A DNA stretch of 64,000 nt from an uncultured Nitrospirota bacterium (GTDB lineage: Bacteria; Nitrospinota; Nitrospinia; CAJXCL01). Location of the stretch: the NCBI GenBank assembly GCA_913051775.1, contig CAJXCL010000002.1, forward strand, positions 18,307 to 82,306, given 5' to 3'. A program made the position numbers and the translations under genes. Positions within the stretch are counted from its first letter, which is position 1; each line of letters opens with the position of its first letter. Shown here piece by piece: positions 30,236 to 41,600 of this stretch. The notes beneath the pieces are model-generated. The model made no database searches, was not told the DNA's origin, and saw only the letters and a list, made by a program, of their open reading frames with translations.

Positions 30236-31004
30236 AAATTTTCTGCATCTCTAAAGTATAGTTGCCATCATTATCATAGATATAAAGGGGGTCTAAAATT
30301 TTCGTCTTCATTTTTTGAAAATGCTCAGTTTTTTGTGGAGATTTTTTATTTACAACCCCATTTCCCCTACTTGCCAAGGAGGGGAAATGGGGGAGGTCTT
30401 CTTTTTTAACCCCCTCGATCAAAAACATCTTGGGATTGTTGTTTCTCTTTGAACAAATAAACCGGATTTTTTTTGGGATTAGTCCATGTTCTGCCATTGT
30501 ACGAACAAGTTCATCATATCGTTCAGGGAGATAAATCATAACCAGTTTTCCCTTATTGCAAAGCAGGTTGAAAGCGCTTTTAAGAAGCTCCGGCAAAGTA
30601 ATAAGAATTTCATGGCGCGCAATGGCTTTCTCTTCATTTGGATTCAGGCGCCCACTATTTAATTTTCGATAAGGGGGGTTGCTGACCACAATATCAAAAT
30701 ATCCATTTTTCAAAAATGATTTTGAGAACCTAATATCACCTTGAATCAACATTACCTGATTTTCAAGTCTGTTTTGGGCAATATTACGTCTGGCATGCTG
30801 CAACAAAGAATACTGGATATCAAGTCCTGCTATTTTAGATTTGGTCTTGCGTGACAGTAGCAAAGGGATAATGCCATTCCCTGTTCCAAAGTCAACAATT
30901 TTGTTCTCCTCCGTTGGAGATACAAAATCAGCTAATATAAAAGAATCTATCGAATACCGGTAACCGGCAACGCTCTGAAGAAGATATAATTGATTCATTT
31001 TCAT
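30186..31004 (-). CDS. tRNA (adenine-N6)-methyltransferase, TrmN6/YfiC-like SAM MTase
   Basis: YRYSIDSFILADF…VDFGTGNGIIPLLL…FDIVVSNPPY (NPPY motif). The C-terminal tail overlaps the miaA start by 50 nt. Confidence 0.7.
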   Translation of the reverse strand: MKMNQLYLLQSVAGYRYSIDSFILADFVSPTEENKIVDFGTGNGIIPLLLSRKTKSKIAGLDIQYSLLQHARRNIAQNRLENQVMLIQGDIRFSKSFLKNGYFDIVVSNPPYRKLNSGRLNPNEEKAIARHEILITLPELLKSAFNLLCNKGKLVMIYLPERYDELVRTMAEHGLIPKKIRFICSKRNNNPKMFLIEGVKKEDLPHFPSLASRGNGVVNKKSPQKTEHFQKMKTKILDPLYIYDNDGNYTLEMQKIYDSFNNNRRTNSNRKI

Positions 31005-31046
31005 CGAAAATCGCTTTTTGATTATTGTATTGTATTTTATAAAAAC

Positions 31047-31137
31047 TTTAGACAGGATTACAGGATAAACAAAAAAAGCAATGACACTGTCATTGCACTC
31101 TAAAAATAATATAAAAACAATGTCACAGGATTTAGAA
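31047..31137. repeat. MITE-like element family B, between the divergent MTase and coaE genes
   Basis: tttagacaggattacaggataaac, then the perfect palindrome gcaatgacactgtcattgc, then tgtcacaggatttagaa as a degenerate right end. Confidence 0.6.
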
Positions 31138-31184
31138 TTGTTGATGTTATATTTTTTGACCGTTCAGGAGGAGTAGTTTATATT

Positions 31185-31796
31185 ATGAGCATGTTATTAA
31201 TAGGCCTTACAGGTGGAATTGCTTCTGGAAAGACCACGGTTTCAAATATGTTTGTAAAACTGGGTGCTCATTTGATTGATGCGGATGTTATAGCACGGGA
31301 TGTTGTCAAACCGGACAAACCCGCCTGGAAGGAGATTGTCTCGGCTTTTGGCGAGTCAGTTTTAGATGATAAAAAAGAAATCATTCGCGAAAAGTTAGCA
31401 GCTGCAATTTTCAATTCTCCTGAAAAGCGCAAACAGCTTGAGGCTATTACGCACCCAAGAATTATTGAGGAGGAAAACCGGCTGATTAATGAGATACGAA
31501 AGAATAATAAACCTGGAATTATTATATTAGATGCTGCTCTACTAATCGAAGCTGGTCATCATAACCGTGTGGATAAGCTTATAGTTGTTTATTTAAACAA
31601 AAACACACAAATAAAAAGACTGAGGAAAAGAGATAGTCTAAGTTTCGCAGACGCCAAAAAACGGCTGGATTCCCAAATGTCTCTGAATGAAAAAGTTAAT
31701 TTGGCCAATTATGTGATAGATAACGGCAAGTCCACTGATGAATCAGAAAAGCAGGTATCTCAAATTTATAAAAAACTAATTATGGAGTGCAGATGA
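31185..31796 (+). CDS. coaE: Dephospho-CoA kinase
   Basis: LIGLTGGIASGKTTV P-loop and …IDADVIARDVV…. Confidence 0.9.
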   Translation: MSMLLIGLTGGIASGKTTVSNMFVKLGAHLIDADVIARDVVKPDKPAWKEIVSAFGESVLDDKKEIIREKLAAAIFNSPEKRKQLEAITHPRIIEEENRLINEIRKNNKPGIIILDAALLIEAGHHNRVDKLIVVYLNKNTQIKRLRKRDSLSFADAKKRLDSQMSLNEKVNLANYVIDNGKSTDESEKQVSQIYKKLIMECR

Positions 31797-31809
31797 ACCC
31801 AGCAAAATA

Positions 31810-31912
31810 TTTTAGACGAGATAACAAGATAATTTGAAAAAGTCTAGCTTGGCTTCGCTCACCTTTTTACTCCAAACAAAAAATCCAGTCCATCCTGTTA
31901 ATCCTGCCAAAA
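31810..31912. repeat. MITE-like element family B, between the convergent coaE and purQ genes
   Basis: Left ttttagacgagataacaagataat. Right ccagtccatcctgttaatcctgcc, which is the reverse complement of ggcaggattaacaggatggactgg. Confidence 0.6.
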
Positions 31913-31916
31913 AAAG

Positions 31917-32633
31917 TTAGCTGCTTTTATCTGAAAAATTCAGTGAGCTGTTTGCACTTAAAATGGACTGAAATATTTTAAGCCCATCCTGGTTTCCTAA
32001 AATACTCTCCGAGCATCTTTCCGGGTGCGGCATCATTCCTAAAACATTTCCTTCTTCATTGCAAATCCCGGCTATATTCAGGCAGGATCCATTAGGATTG
32101 GCATCGTCACTCACATCACCATCAGGAGAAGCGTATTTGAAAACAATCTGCTTATTTTCCTTCAGCTTGTTTAACGTTTTCTGATCGGCAAAATAGTTTC
32201 CATCGGCATGAGCGATAGGAATGGTTAACAGTTCACCATCCTTTAAGTTTCTGGTAAATGGAGTGCTGCTATTCTCCACTTTAACTGTTACATTTTTACA
32301 AATAAACTTTAATGACTTGTTTCTCATCATTGCCCCGGGCAAAAGGCTTGCTTCCATCAAAACCTGGAATCCATTACAAATACCGATTACCAGACCACCT
32401 TTTCCGGCGAATTTAATTACACCGTTCATAATCGGGGAGAATCGGGAAATAGCGCCGGGCCTCAGGTAATCTCCGTAAGAAAAACCGCCGGGTAAAATAA
32501 GGCAGTCATAATTTTTTTTTATTTCATCTTTATGCCATAAAAAATCAACTTCCTGTTCTAATACATGCTTTATAATGTGATAACAATCATGATCACAGTT
32601 AGAACCAGGGAAAACTATAATTCCAAATTTCAT
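31917..32633 (-). CDS. purQ: Phosphoribosylformylglycinamidine synthase subunit PurQ (glutaminase)
   Basis: [16 protein letters not shown]…GICNGFQVL, with the catalytic Cys in GICNG. The ATG at 32633 is preferred. The track's start at 32684 would overlap purS. Confidence 0.85.
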   Translation of the reverse strand: MKFGIIVFPGSNCDHDCYHIIKHVLEQEVDFLWHKDEIKKNYDCLILPGGFSYGDYLRPGAISRFSPIMNGVIKFAGKGGLVIGICNGFQVLMEASLLPGAMMRNKSLKFICKNVTVKVENSSTPFTRNLKDGELLTIPIAHADGNYFADQKTLNKLKENKQIVFKYASPDGDVSDDANPNGSCLNIAGICNEEGNVLGMMPHPERCSESILGNQDGLKIFQSILSANSSLNFSDKSS

Positions 32634-32643
32634 ATTTTGTAAT

Positions 32644-32895
32644 TTATTCAACATCGGGGTCAATTTCAAACCGGTAATCTTCAATGACGGTATTAGCTAA
32701 GAGTTTTTTACACATTTCTTTCAGCTTATTCCCCGCTTCCTCTTTATTTGTTCCTTTCATTTTTATTTCAATTATTTTCCCCACCCGAACTTCCTGAATT
32801 TCTTTATAACCGAGATCGAATAAAGAATGCTGGATTGCTTTTCCCTGGGGTTCGAGAATACCTTTTTTTAAAGTTATGTAGATTTTTGCGTTCAC
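32644..32895 (-). CDS. purS: Phosphoribosylformylglycinamidine synthase subunit PurS
   Basis: 83 aa: [25 protein letters not shown]…, located immediately upstream of purQ. Confidence 0.85.
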   Translation of the reverse strand: MNAKIYITLKKGILEPQGKAIQHSLFDLGYKEIQEVRVGKIIEIKMKGTNKEEAGNKLKEMCKKLLANTVIEDYRFEIDPDVE

Positions 32896-32919
32896 CAGAA
32901 GACCCCCTTATTCAATATA

Positions 32920-32944
32920 TTTCAGACAGGATAACAGGATAAAC
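32920..32944 (+). repeat. Family B terminal motif (solo or with a degenerate partner) upstream of purS
   Basis: tttcagacaggataacaggataaac. A possible degenerate right end lies at ~32991-33015. Confidence 0.45.
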
Positions 32945-33041
32945 AAGGTATTAAAATAGAAATAAAAATTTTTATAAAGAATGAAACACAAACTGATTTT
33001 CCTGATTGCTGATGGTTGACTGCTAAACGCTCACTTCTATA

Positions 33042-34445
33042 CTAATAAGCACTTTTGTTAATTAATCCTTTCCAGATAGTGAGCCACATAATCTTCAAAT
33101 CAAATAAAAGGGACCAGTTTTCGATATAATAAAGATCATATTCAATCCGTTTTTTCAACGATGAATCTCCTCTCCAGCCGTTTACCTGCGCCCATCCTGT
33201 AATTCCAGCTTTCATTTTATGCCGCAGCATATACTGATACACAGATTTTTTAAAATCATTGACAAACACAGGCCGTTCTGGCCTTGGCCCTACTATGCTC
33301 ATATCACTTTTCAGTACATTAAAAAACTGCGGAAGTTCATCGAGACTGGTTCTTCGCAAAAATTTTCCTATTGATGTTCTTCTAGGGTCACCATTTTTTG
33401 CCCAGACTGCCCCTGTTTTTTCCTCAGCATCCTCAAACATGGTCCTGAATTTATACATTGTAAAATGGCGGCCACCGAATCCCATGCGTTCCTGTTTATA
33501 AAGAAAGGGTCCTTTTGAAGTTAATTTTAAAGCAATCGCTATAATTATAATCATCGGGGACATAACAATCACTACGATTAAAGAAGCAATAATATCAAAA
33601 AATCTCTTCAATAGTTTGTTCCAGCCATATAAAGGCCCTTCACTTAAACTAACTATAGGTAGGCCGTCTATGTCATCTATCCCTGGGTTTAGCCGCATAA
33701 ACTGTAAAAGATCCGGCACAACTTTGATATCGACAAATTCTTCCCCTAAGTAGCTTATAACTTTTTCTAATCTATCATGGGCATGGCGAGGCAAAGCTAT
33801 AAAAATCTGGTCTACATTATATTCCTTCACGATTTTTTGAACATCTTCCAATTGCCCTAATATCTTTTTTCCTGAAACGGATTGACCAACTTTTTTAGAA
33901 TGATTCGTTAAAAATCCAACTATATTAAATCCTATTTCAGGATGAAGATTAATCTTTTCAGCAAGGTTTTTTGCCAGATCCCCTGCTCCAACGATTAAAA
34001 CATGTCGGAGGTTGTACCCTTTTTCTCTAAAATATTTTAAGGTCTTTCTTAAGTAAAAACGAGAAAGGCTGATAGTTATAATACTAAAAAACCAGAAAAG
34101 GACCATTACAATTCGAGAATATGAATTTTCACGATAAAAAAAGGTAATCGCAGTAAGGATAACAATGGATAAAGAAACTGCCTTAAATATGTTAACAAAC
34201 TCATCAAACTGCTTTTTACCCCTCATTGGTTTATAAAGACCGCCCCCTATAAGGCATACGGGAAAAACAATGCTAATGAAGAGGAGAAATATCAAGTAGT
34301 CGCTGAAAAACGGTAAGGGATGCCTTAAAGGAAATAATTCCAGAGTAAATCGAATAAAGAAAGAGGCTAACCACGAGAAAACAACCGAGGCAAGGTCGGT
34401 AATAAATAGCACTGAAATAAATACCTGAGCGTATTTTTTTAGCAT
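33042..34445 (-). CDS. Polyprenyl-phosphate hexose-1-phosphate transferase (WbaP/WcaJ-like bacterial sugar transferase)
   Basis: N-terminal TM helices, a central Rossmann-like region, and the C-terminal PF02397 core …YKFRTMFEDAE…VGPRPERP…DLYYIENWSLLFDLKI. Confidence 0.85.
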   Translation of the reverse strand: MLKKYAQVFISVLFITDLASVVFSWLASFFIRFTLELFPLRHPLPFFSDYLIFLLFISIVFPVCLIGGGLYKPMRGKKQFDEFVNIFKAVSLSIVILTAITFFYRENSYSRIVMVLFWFFSIITISLSRFYLRKTLKYFREKGYNLRHVLIVGAGDLAKNLAEKINLHPEIGFNIVGFLTNHSKKVGQSVSGKKILGQLEDVQKIVKEYNVDQIFIALPRHAHDRLEKVISYLGEEFVDIKVVPDLLQFMRLNPGIDDIDGLPIVSLSEGPLYGWNKLLKRFFDIIASLIVVIVMSPMIIIIAIALKLTSKGPFLYKQERMGFGGRHFTMYKFRTMFEDAEEKTGAVWAKNGDPRRTSIGKFLRRTSLDELPQFFNVLKSDMSIVGPRPERPVFVNDFKKSVYQYMLRHKMKAGITGWAQVNGWRGDSSLKKRIEYDLYYIENWSLLFDLKIMWLTIWKGLINKSAY

Positions 34446-34737
34446 TGGAAATAAACCATTTATTTCAATTTTCTAAAAAAAGATAAAAGATTATTATACA
34501 CTGCAACATGGTATGGCAGAAAATTTTTGATTTATTAGCAAATAGATACTGAGGAACAAATGTTTCAAAACGAGAGAAATGGTTAAAGAGAAAATATCTC
34601 CTTTTTCAATGGTATCATTTGCCTCATGCAGCCGGATATTTACGTTTAAGAATTTGACAATAAAATCGAGGATTTTAGCGGTGCGGAGCTAAGTATTTTT
34701 ATCAATTCTGAGATTTTCCTCAGTGGATTCTGTCATT

Positions 34738-35925
34738 CTATTTCAAAATATTTTTAATCCCTCTGATAGCCTGACGGGTGCGATGCTCGTTTTCTACTAA
34801 GGCAAAACGCACATAATGGTCTCCCCCTTCTCCAAATCCGATCCCCGGAGACACAACAACTTTTGCCTCTTTCAAAAGAAATTTTGAGAACTCCAATGAT
34901 CCCATCTTTTTAAAATTATCAGGGATTTCCGCCCATACAAACATCGTGGCTTTGGGCTTTTCAATCTGCCATCCTGCCTGGTTGAGTCCGTTAACCAGCA
35001 GATCACGACGCGTTCTATAGGTTTCAACTATTTTATTGACACAGTCTCGCTTACTGTTTAAAGCGATAATAGAAGCGATCTGTATCGGTTGAAACATGCC
35101 ATAATCTAGGTAACTTTTTATGCGGGCTAATGCGCCTATAATTTCTGAATTGCCTACCGCGAAACCAACTCGCCAGCCCGGCATATTATAGCTCTTTGAA
35201 AGGGAAAAAAGCTCAACCCCTACCTCTTTCGCTCCCGGTACCTGCAGCATACTTGGGGCCTTGTAACCATCAAAAACAAGATCTGCATAAGCAAAATCAT
35301 GAACAACAATAACATTATGCTCCCTGGCAAATTCTATAACCTTCTCAAAAAAATCATAGTCTACGCAGACAGTAGTGGGATTATGCGGAAAGTTGATAAT
35401 TAAAATCTTAGGGTGAGGCCAGTGGCTTTTAAACGCCTTTAAAAGATTTTCAAAAAAATCACCCTCTTTGTTCATGGGAACCTGAACTACATCTCCATTT
35501 GCTATTATTACGGCATAATTATGGATGGGATAAGTAGGTGTAGGCACCAGGACAATATCTCCCGAACCGATAATGGCCAACGATAAATGAGAAATACCTT
35601 CTTTAGATCCTATAGTTGCAATAGCTTCTGTTTCCGGGTTCAATTCAACATCAAAATTTCTTTTATACCAGTTTGTAATAGCAAGTCGCAAATTTGGAAT
35701 ACCCTTTGAAGCTGAATAACGATGGTTTTGAGATGCACCCGCTTTTTCAATGAGCTTTTTCACGATAAAATCAGGCGTCGGCTGGTCCGGGTTCCCCATT
35801 CCAAAATCAATAATGTCTTCTCCCCTTCGGCGAGCTTCAATCAGTAATTCCCTCACAATATTAAATACATAGGGAGGAAGTCTTTTTATTCTTTGAAATT
35901 CCCGCATAATTTTTCTGCACTGCAA
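34738..35925 (-). CDS. PLP-dependent class I aminotransferase (AlaT/AspC-like)
   Basis: RLPPYVF N-terminal motif and the PLP-lysine region [19 protein letters not shown]. The true start is probably the MREFQ Met at 35907. Confidence 0.8.
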   Translation of the reverse strand: MQCRKIMREFQRIKRLPPYVFNIVRELLIEARRRGEDIIDFGMGNPDQPTPDFIVKKLIEKAGASQNHRYSASKGIPNLRLAITNWYKRNFDVELNPETEAIATIGSKEGISHLSLAIIGSGDIVLVPTPTYPIHNYAVIIANGDVVQVPMNKEGDFFENLLKAFKSHWPHPKILIINFPHNPTTVCVDYDFFEKVIEFAREHNVIVVHDFAYADLVFDGYKAPSMLQVPGAKEVGVELFSLSKSYNMPGWRVGFAVGNSEIIGALARIKSYLDYGMFQPIQIASIIALNSKRDCVNKIVETYRTRRDLLVNGLNQAGWQIEKPKATMFVWAEIPDNFKKMGSLEFSKFLLKEAKVVVSPGIGFGEGGDHYVRFALVENEHRTRQAIRGIKNILK

Positions 35926-36065
35926 GTCTATATCACTTTGTTATTTTAGCAAATTTTTTTGATCCCTTATTAATAGGGAATAAGAATAGTTTAATTCCCC
36001 CTTGTTTTTTTGGGGGGTAAAAAATGTAAATTCCTCCTTAGCAAATGGGGATACTGGGGGTTGTT

Positions 36066-36178
36066 ATTATTTGATTTCAACCATCCCTGATCTCAACCCT
36101 TCGGGCGGCCTTCCTTTTGGAATCCGTCCAATTCGGCTTTCCTACAGAATTGTGTTAGCGGCCCTGCCGCTCTGCGTT
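36066..36178 (+). repeat. REP-like element family A, copy C, overlapping the lipA 3' end
   Basis: tatttgatttc…ctcaacccttcgggcgg…ccgtccaattcggctttcctacagaattgtg…gccgctctgcg. Confidence 0.7.
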
Positions 36179-37030
36179 ATAAGAGCTTCTTACAAAAGGA
36201 CCGGATGTTGTATACTTAAAACCTATCTCGTTTCCTATTTCTTTGTATTGATCAAAAACCTCGGGGTAAATAAACTTTTCTACCGGCAGGTGGTTTTTTG
36301 ATGGCTGCAAATATTGTCCAATGGTAATAGCGTCACAATCAACAGTCCTCAAATCACTCATAACATTTACAACCTCTTCAAACCTTTCACCCAGACCAAC
36401 CATAATACCGGATTTTGAAATAACTTCTGGAGCCTGCTTCTTAACAGTCTCTATCAGTTTTAATGATTTATTATAATCAGCTTGGGGCCTGACTTCTGGA
36501 TACAAGCGAGGCACTGTTTCAATATTATGATTATATATATCCGGCTTACCTGATTTTAAAATCTCTTGTGGGTCTAAATCAGGTGTTAATATTTCTACTG
36601 AAATATCAGAACTAATTTTTCTCACAGCATTAATCGTTAAAGCAAACTGTTTTGCCCCACCATCTTCGAGGTCGTCCCGTGTCACAGAAGTAATCACAAC
36701 ATGATTTAAACCTATTTCTACTGCTGTTTTAGCTACTTCTTCAGGCTCAATGGGATTAACCGGTAACGGATCGCCGCTAAAAACAGCGCAAAACCCGCAG
36801 TTGCGTGTACAAACATTTCCCAAAATCATAAACGTAGCAGTAGGTTTTGAAAAACACTCAAAAATATTAGGACATTTAGCAGACTCGCAAACGGTATGTA
36901 AATTTCTTTTTCTTAACAGCCGTTTTACATCGTGGCTCTTACGATTCCTGAAACTCTTTTTAAGCCAAGGTGGCAATCGCCTATTGTTGGACTGACCGTA
37001 TTTAATATTTTGTTTTATTTCGATATGCAT
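36155..37030 (-). CDS. lipA: Lipoyl synthase
   Basis: CPNIFEC and TFMILGNVCTRNCGFCAV (radical SAM CxxxCxxC). The last ~8 codons overlap REP-like copy C. Confidence 0.9.
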   Translation of the reverse strand: MHIEIKQNIKYGQSNNRRLPPWLKKSFRNRKSHDVKRLLRKRNLHTVCESAKCPNIFECFSKPTATFMILGNVCTRNCGFCAVFSGDPLPVNPIEPEEVAKTAVEIGLNHVVITSVTRDDLEDGGAKQFALTINAVRKISSDISVEILTPDLDPQEILKSGKPDIYNHNIETVPRLYPEVRPQADYNKSLKLIETVKKQAPEVISKSGIMVGLGERFEEVVNVMSDLRTVDCDAITIGQYLQPSKNHLPVEKFIYPEVFDQYKEIGNEIGFKYTTSGPFVRSSYNAERQGR

Positions 37031-37220
37031 TCTCTATTTTTACAATTAATTTGCAATTTTATGCAAGTATTTTGTAATTTTGCATAATAGCACAATGATT
37101 TGAAGTGTTACTAAAAAAATTATACGCAACAATCTGTTTCCAAAATTAAAAGGTCGCGGAGTTCGCCGAGAAAAATCGATAGAATGGCTGAAGAAGCTTG
37201 ACTATACAAAACTTTTTTAT

Positions 37221-37249
37221 CTTGTTTATTCTGTTATCCTGTCTATAAT
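37221..37249 (-). repeat. Family B terminal motif (reverse orientation, solo) upstream of der
   Basis: cttgtttattctgttatcctgtctataat is the reverse complement of gacaggataacagaataaacaag and ends in a TATAAT-like hexamer 45 nt before the der start. Confidence 0.5.
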
Positions 37250-37284
37250 TCTTTTAAATAGATGCTAATTAATTTATTTAAGAT

Positions 37285-38628
37285 TTGGTCATTATGAGAA
37301 AATCGGTTGTCAGCATTGTAGGAAGACCTAATGTCGGAAAATCCACTTTGTTCAATAAAATAATCGGCCGCAGAAAGGCGATTGTGGAAGACACTCCGGG
37401 TGTTACACGGGATCGAAATTATGAAGAGACTTCCTGGAACGACTACACTTTTGATCTTATTGATACCGGTGGGTTTGAGCCGGCGTCAAAGGAAGACATG
37501 CTGTCCCAGATGAGAAGCCAGACTCAATTGGCAGTAGAAGAATCAGATGTTATTATTTTTCTTTGCGACGGGAAAGAAGGTCTTATGCCTGCTGATGAAG
37601 AAGCAATCAATCTTTTAAGAAAATTCCACAAACCCATCCTGCCTGCTGTAAATAAAATCGATGATCCATCTCACTCAAACAGAATTTACGATTTTGCCGG
37701 ATTGGGTTTTGGAGAAATAATATCTGTTTCCGCGGAACATAAGTTAGGGATATCTGATCTCATGGACAAAGTTACTGACTGTCTCGCGCACCTTCCAAAA
37801 ACAGAAACTGGCAATGACCTTCCCGGGGAAGATACAAAAATAGCTATTATAGGTCGTCCAAATGTGGGAAAATCTACTTTAATTAACCAAGTATTAAAAG
37901 AAAAAAGGCTTATGGTCAGCCCGGCGCCGGGCACGACGCGGGACCCCATTGATACCCGGGTGGAAATAGACGGAAAAAGATATATCTTTACTGATACCGC
38001 CGGCATCAGGCGAAAAGGGAAGGTATCCGGCAGGCTTGAAAAATATTGCGTTATCATGGCTAAAAAAGCAATGGAGCGGTCTGATATAGCGCTTTTAATA
38101 CTTGACGCAAAAGAAGGAGTAACCGCACAGGATTCTAAAATAGCGGGATACGCTTATGAAATGGGGAGAGGATGCATTATTGTCATTAATAAATGGGATC
38201 TTGTGGAAAAAGATCATAAGACCATAGAAAAATACAAAGACAGTGTACTGCAGCATATGAAATATCTTTCTTATGCCCCTGTTATTTCTTTATCGTCTCT
38301 TACAGGTCAACGGGTTCATAAAATCTTTCCATTGATTGGCAAAATCTCAGAAGAATATTCCAAGCAAATTAAAACCTCTCTTCTTAATAAATCATTTAAT
38401 GAAATTCTCGCGCAAAACCCGCCTTCTCTTTATCGCGGAAAGCCGGTAAAGTTTTATTACACTACCCAGATAAAAACAAAACCCCCGACTTTTTTATGCT
38501 TTGTGAATTTTCCAAAAGGGGTTCACTTTTCTTACGAGCGCTATCTCCACAACCAGCTGAGAACCAAGTTTAGCCTTGAGAATACCCCGATAAGGATTTA
38601 CTTCAGGGAAAGGGAAAGAAAGGGATGA
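37285..38628 (+). CDS. der: Ribosome-associated GTPase Der (EngA), two GTPase domains plus KH-like domain
   Basis: Two G1 motifs, GRPNVGKSTLFN and GRPNVGKSTLIN, each followed by DTPG/DTAG. The ATG at 37294 is an alternative start. Confidence 0.9.
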   Translation: MVIMRKSVVSIVGRPNVGKSTLFNKIIGRRKAIVEDTPGVTRDRNYEETSWNDYTFDLIDTGGFEPASKEDMLSQMRSQTQLAVEESDVIIFLCDGKEGLMPADEEAINLLRKFHKPILPAVNKIDDPSHSNRIYDFAGLGFGEIISVSAEHKLGISDLMDKVTDCLAHLPKTETGNDLPGEDTKIAIIGRPNVGKSTLINQVLKEKRLMVSPAPGTTRDPIDTRVEIDGKRYIFTDTAGIRRKGKVSGRLEKYCVIMAKKAMERSDIALLILDAKEGVTAQDSKIAGYAYEMGRGCIIVINKWDLVEKDHKTIEKYKDSVLQHMKYLSYAPVISLSSLTGQRVHKIFPLIGKISEEYSKQIKTSLLNKSFNEILAQNPPSLYRGKPVKFYYTTQIKTKPPTFLCFVNFPKGVHFSYERYLHNQLRTKFSLENTPIRIYFRERERKG

Positions 38629-38649
38629 CAGCACATGACATATGCATAT

Positions 38650-39513
38650 CTATTTATTTTCATGTACATTTAAAATAATATTATCGATAAGTCTTGTTTT
38701 GCCGATAAAAACAGCAATGGCAATCATAACCTGATCTTTTATTTCTTTAACGTCTTTTAAATCCGGCAGACTGACAATAGAAATATAATCGATTTCTGCT
38801 CCCTTTGTTTTGCTTACCATTTCGTACATCTCACCTGTAACTTTCATGGCGTCACGCTCTTTATCTTCCATAATACGTTTTTCAGCATTACAAAGTGTCT
38901 GGTTTAGAATCATGGCTTTTTCCCGCTCTTTATCAGAGAGGTTTTCGTTTCGTGAGCTGTATGTCAACCCGTCCTTCTCTCTTACAATCGGCATAAAACG
39001 GATATCTACCGGGAAGTTCAGATCATTCACCACCTTTGCCACAACTATTGCCTGCTGTGCGTCCTTCATCCCAAAATATGCTTTATCCGGTTGCACAATA
39101 TTCAACAATTTACAAACAACAGTAGCAACACCGCGAAAATGTCCCGGCCGAGAAATTCCGCAGAGGACATTTGTAGCATGCCCTGATACTTCCACAAATG
39201 TGGACGACTCTTCCGAATACACCTCTTTATCTTCCGGCATAAATAAAATATCCACGCTGGCATCCCGCGCAATCTGAGTATCCTTTTTGAAATCCCGCGG
39301 GTAAGTAGAATAATCTCTCTTGTCGGCAAATTGTATGGGATTCACATAAATGCTGATAACCGTGCATTCACATTCCTCTGTGGACGCTTTCACTAGACTG
39401 AGATGACCGGGATGCAAAGCTCCCATGGTAGGAACAAACCCTATAGATTTATTTTTTAATCGATATTCAAGAATAACAGGACGAAGCTCTTTAATCGTTT
39501 TGATGATTTGCAT
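38650..39513 (-). CDS. panC: Pantoate--beta-alanine ligase
   Basis: FVPTMGALHPGHLSL HIGH-type motif at the N-terminus. Confidence 0.9.
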   Translation of the reverse strand: MQIIKTIKELRPVILEYRLKNKSIGFVPTMGALHPGHLSLVKASTEECECTVISIYVNPIQFADKRDYSTYPRDFKKDTQIARDASVDILFMPEDKEVYSEESSTFVEVSGHATNVLCGISRPGHFRGVATVVCKLLNIVQPDKAYFGMKDAQQAIVVAKVVNDLNFPVDIRFMPIVREKDGLTYSSRNENLSDKEREKAMILNQTLCNAEKRIMEDKERDAMKVTGEMYEMVSKTKGAEIDYISIVSLPDLKDVKEIKDQVMIAIAVFIGKTRLIDNIILNVHENK

Positions 39514-39699
39514 GGTAGAAAAATATTAATATTTGCTTAGGGGTTTAAACGATTGTGATAGCATACAGCATTAAGCTACTAGCAATCAGCAAGAAATAAA
39601 AAAAAAGCAAACATTATTTGTAACCTTTTTTTTTAAATTTTTGGCGCAACTCCGCATCTTCCTGCTATGGCTGAAAACTGACCGCTGATAGCTGGGCGG

Positions 39700-40893
39700 T
39701 TATTTTCTCTCCAAGACTATTGCCGCTCCCTGCCCTCCTCCGGCGCACAGCGTTGCAAGCCCCAATTGTAAATCCCGCCGCTTCATTTCATATAAAAGGG
39801 AAACAATAAGTCTTGTCCCTGTGACGCCTACCGGATGGCCGAGGGCAATAGCACCTCCATTGACATTCACCTTTTCCCAATCCCATTTCAACATTTTCCC
39901 CACAGACAAGGTTTGAGCGGCAAAAGCTTCATTAATTTCAATTAACTCGATATCTTTCAAATCAAGCCCTGCTTTCTTCAGTGCTTTTGGGACAGCCAAA
40001 ACTGGCCCGATCCCCATCCGTTCCGGTTCAACACCTGCAAAGGCATATGCTTTAATATGCCCCATGATTTCAAACCCCAATTCTTTAGCTTTTTTTTCTG
40101 TCATCACCAACACTGCAGCAGCCCCGTCGCTGATAGGGCAGGAATTGCCTGAAGTCACGGTTCCGTCCTCCTTAAATATAGGCGGATAAAGGGACAGCAC
40201 CTGCACGGTAAGCGCTATGTTTGGGCCTTCATCCTGATTAAATGTTTCAGGAGTAACTTCTTTCCCGGCTGCCTTTTTCGGAATGGAAAGTGTAACTATT
40301 TCTTTTTTAAACTTTCCTTCACGAGTAGCTCGGAATGCCTTTTTTTGGCTTTCAACTGCAAACCGGTCTTGCTCCTCCCTGCTGATTTTGAACTCTTTAG
40401 CCAGATTTTCAGCTGTGCGCCCCATAATCTGGCCACAGATAGGATCGGTTAAACCTTCCCAGAGCGTGTCTATCAGTTCAGAATGCCGCAGTCGTTTTCC
40501 GAAACGCAGGTCCCTATTTACAAAAGGAGCTTTGCTCATGCTTTCCGCCCCACCGGCAATATATACATTTCCTTCTTCACATTGAATATTCTGGAATGCG
40601 TTTACAACTGATTGAATTCCCGAAGCGCAATTTCGCTGAACCGTATAAGCGGGAGTTGAAATCGGCAAGCCGGCTTTTAAAGCAATAACTCGCGCGAGAT
40701 TTGGGGCATCGCTGAATTGACCTATACAACCGAAAATCACTTCATCAATTATGGAATGGTCTATTTGAGAACGGTTGGTTAATTCCCTGACGACCCATTC
40801 ACCTAATTGTTGAGCTGTGATATCCCGAAGAGCTCCTCCTAAAAGTCCCTGTGGAGTTCGCAAAGCATGAGTAATAACAATTTCTTGAGCCAT
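39700..40893 (-). CDS. Acetyl-CoA C-acetyltransferase (thiolase II)
   Basis: [17 protein letters not shown]-terminus, active-site Cys in NRSQIDHS…CASG, and C-terminal GHPVGVTG…CAGGGQG. The track's start at 41109 is a 72-codon artefactual extension through REP-like copy D. Confidence 0.9.
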   Translation of the reverse strand: MAQEIVITHALRTPQGLLGGALRDITAQQLGEWVVRELTNRSQIDHSIIDEVIFGCIGQFSDAPNLARVIALKAGLPISTPAYTVQRNCASGIQSVVNAFQNIQCEEGNVYIAGGAESMSKAPFVNRDLRFGKRLRHSELIDTLWEGLTDPICGQIMGRTAENLAKEFKISREEQDRFAVESQKKAFRATREGKFKKEIVTLSIPKKAAGKEVTPETFNQDEGPNIALTVQVLSLYPPIFKEDGTVTSGNSCPISDGAAAVLVMTEKKAKELGFEIMGHIKAYAFAGVEPERMGIGPVLAVPKALKKAGLDLKDIELIEINEAFAAQTLSVGKMLKWDWEKVNVNGGAIALGHPVGVTGTRLIVSLLYEMKRRDLQLGLATLCAGGGQGAAIVLERK

Positions 40894-40984
40894 AACGGTT
40901 TTTTTTAAGCTTCTACACACTATTACTATGTAAAACTTACTTTTTATACAAGTTTTTTTTGTTTGCTCACCGGAGCGGTATTTC

Positions 40985-41090
40985 CATTTGATTTCGGCCT
41001 TCCATGGCCTCAACCCTTCGGGCGGATGGAAAAGACATCCGTCCAGTTCGGTTCTCCATGCCGAATTGTGGTTGCGGAGCCTCTCCGCTT
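40985..41090 (+). repeat. REP-like element family A, copy D, at the thiolase 5' end
   Basis: catttgatttcggccttccatggcctcaacccttcgggcgg…ccgtccagttcggttctccatgccgaattgtggttgcggagcctctccgc. Confidence 0.75.
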
Positions 41091-41123
41091 TATGATTTAT
41101 TCTCTCCAACTCTCCAGTCCATA

Positions 41124-41399
41124 CTAGCAGATGATATCTCGAACGATATTATCTATTTCAAAAAATTGCAGGGTGACCCGGAATTTCTTAGATTTTTCAT
41201 CTACAGTTTTTTTATTTACCAGAGCGTTGTACATAATAGTTCTGTTATCTCTGGAGAGTGGCTCTGCTTTGGCCTCTTCTAACATTGGCAATTCAGGTAA
41301 TTCAAAGAATACTGTAACGACTTCTTCTTTTTCGAGAATTGATATAAATTCTTCCACCTGTTCAATGGAATCGGCCCATTCATTCAAATCTTGTTCCAC
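41124..41399 (-). CDS. Hypothetical small acidic protein
   Basis: A 91-aa ORF with no family recognised by eye. Codon usage looks like the neighbouring genes. Could be spurious. Confidence 0.3.
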   Translation of the reverse strand: MEQDLNEWADSIEQVEEFISILEKEEVVTVFFELPELPMLEEAKAEPLSRDNRTIMYNALVNKKTVDEKSKKFRVTLQFFEIDNIVRDIIC

Positions 41400-41600
41400 C
41401 TTTTTTTATAAGATTTTCTATATATCTTTTTGTATTAATACATTTTAATATTAATACACAGTTTGATGATGTCAAAAATATTTTTTGATGGTTTTTGTGC
41501 TGATAATGCGTGAGGAGGGAAAACAATTGACAGTTATCAATTATTATTCTTATCTCCACTTTTTTGACTTTTACATATGCTTATGATAATTTTTAGTTGT

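Noticed and set aside
36002-36301. 99-aa plus-strand ORF
   Set aside because: It is a translation through REP-like copy C (peptide …LNPSGGLPFGIRPIRLSY…). The same pseudo-peptide theme recurs at 41004-41282 (…DIRPVRFSMPNCGCGASPLY…). These ORFs exist only because the repeats lack stop codons.
40894-41109. 72-codon N-terminal extension of the thiolase in the ORF track
   Set aside because: The conserved thiolase N-terminus [16 protein letters not shown] begins at 40893. The upstream portion is REP-like copy D read in frame.
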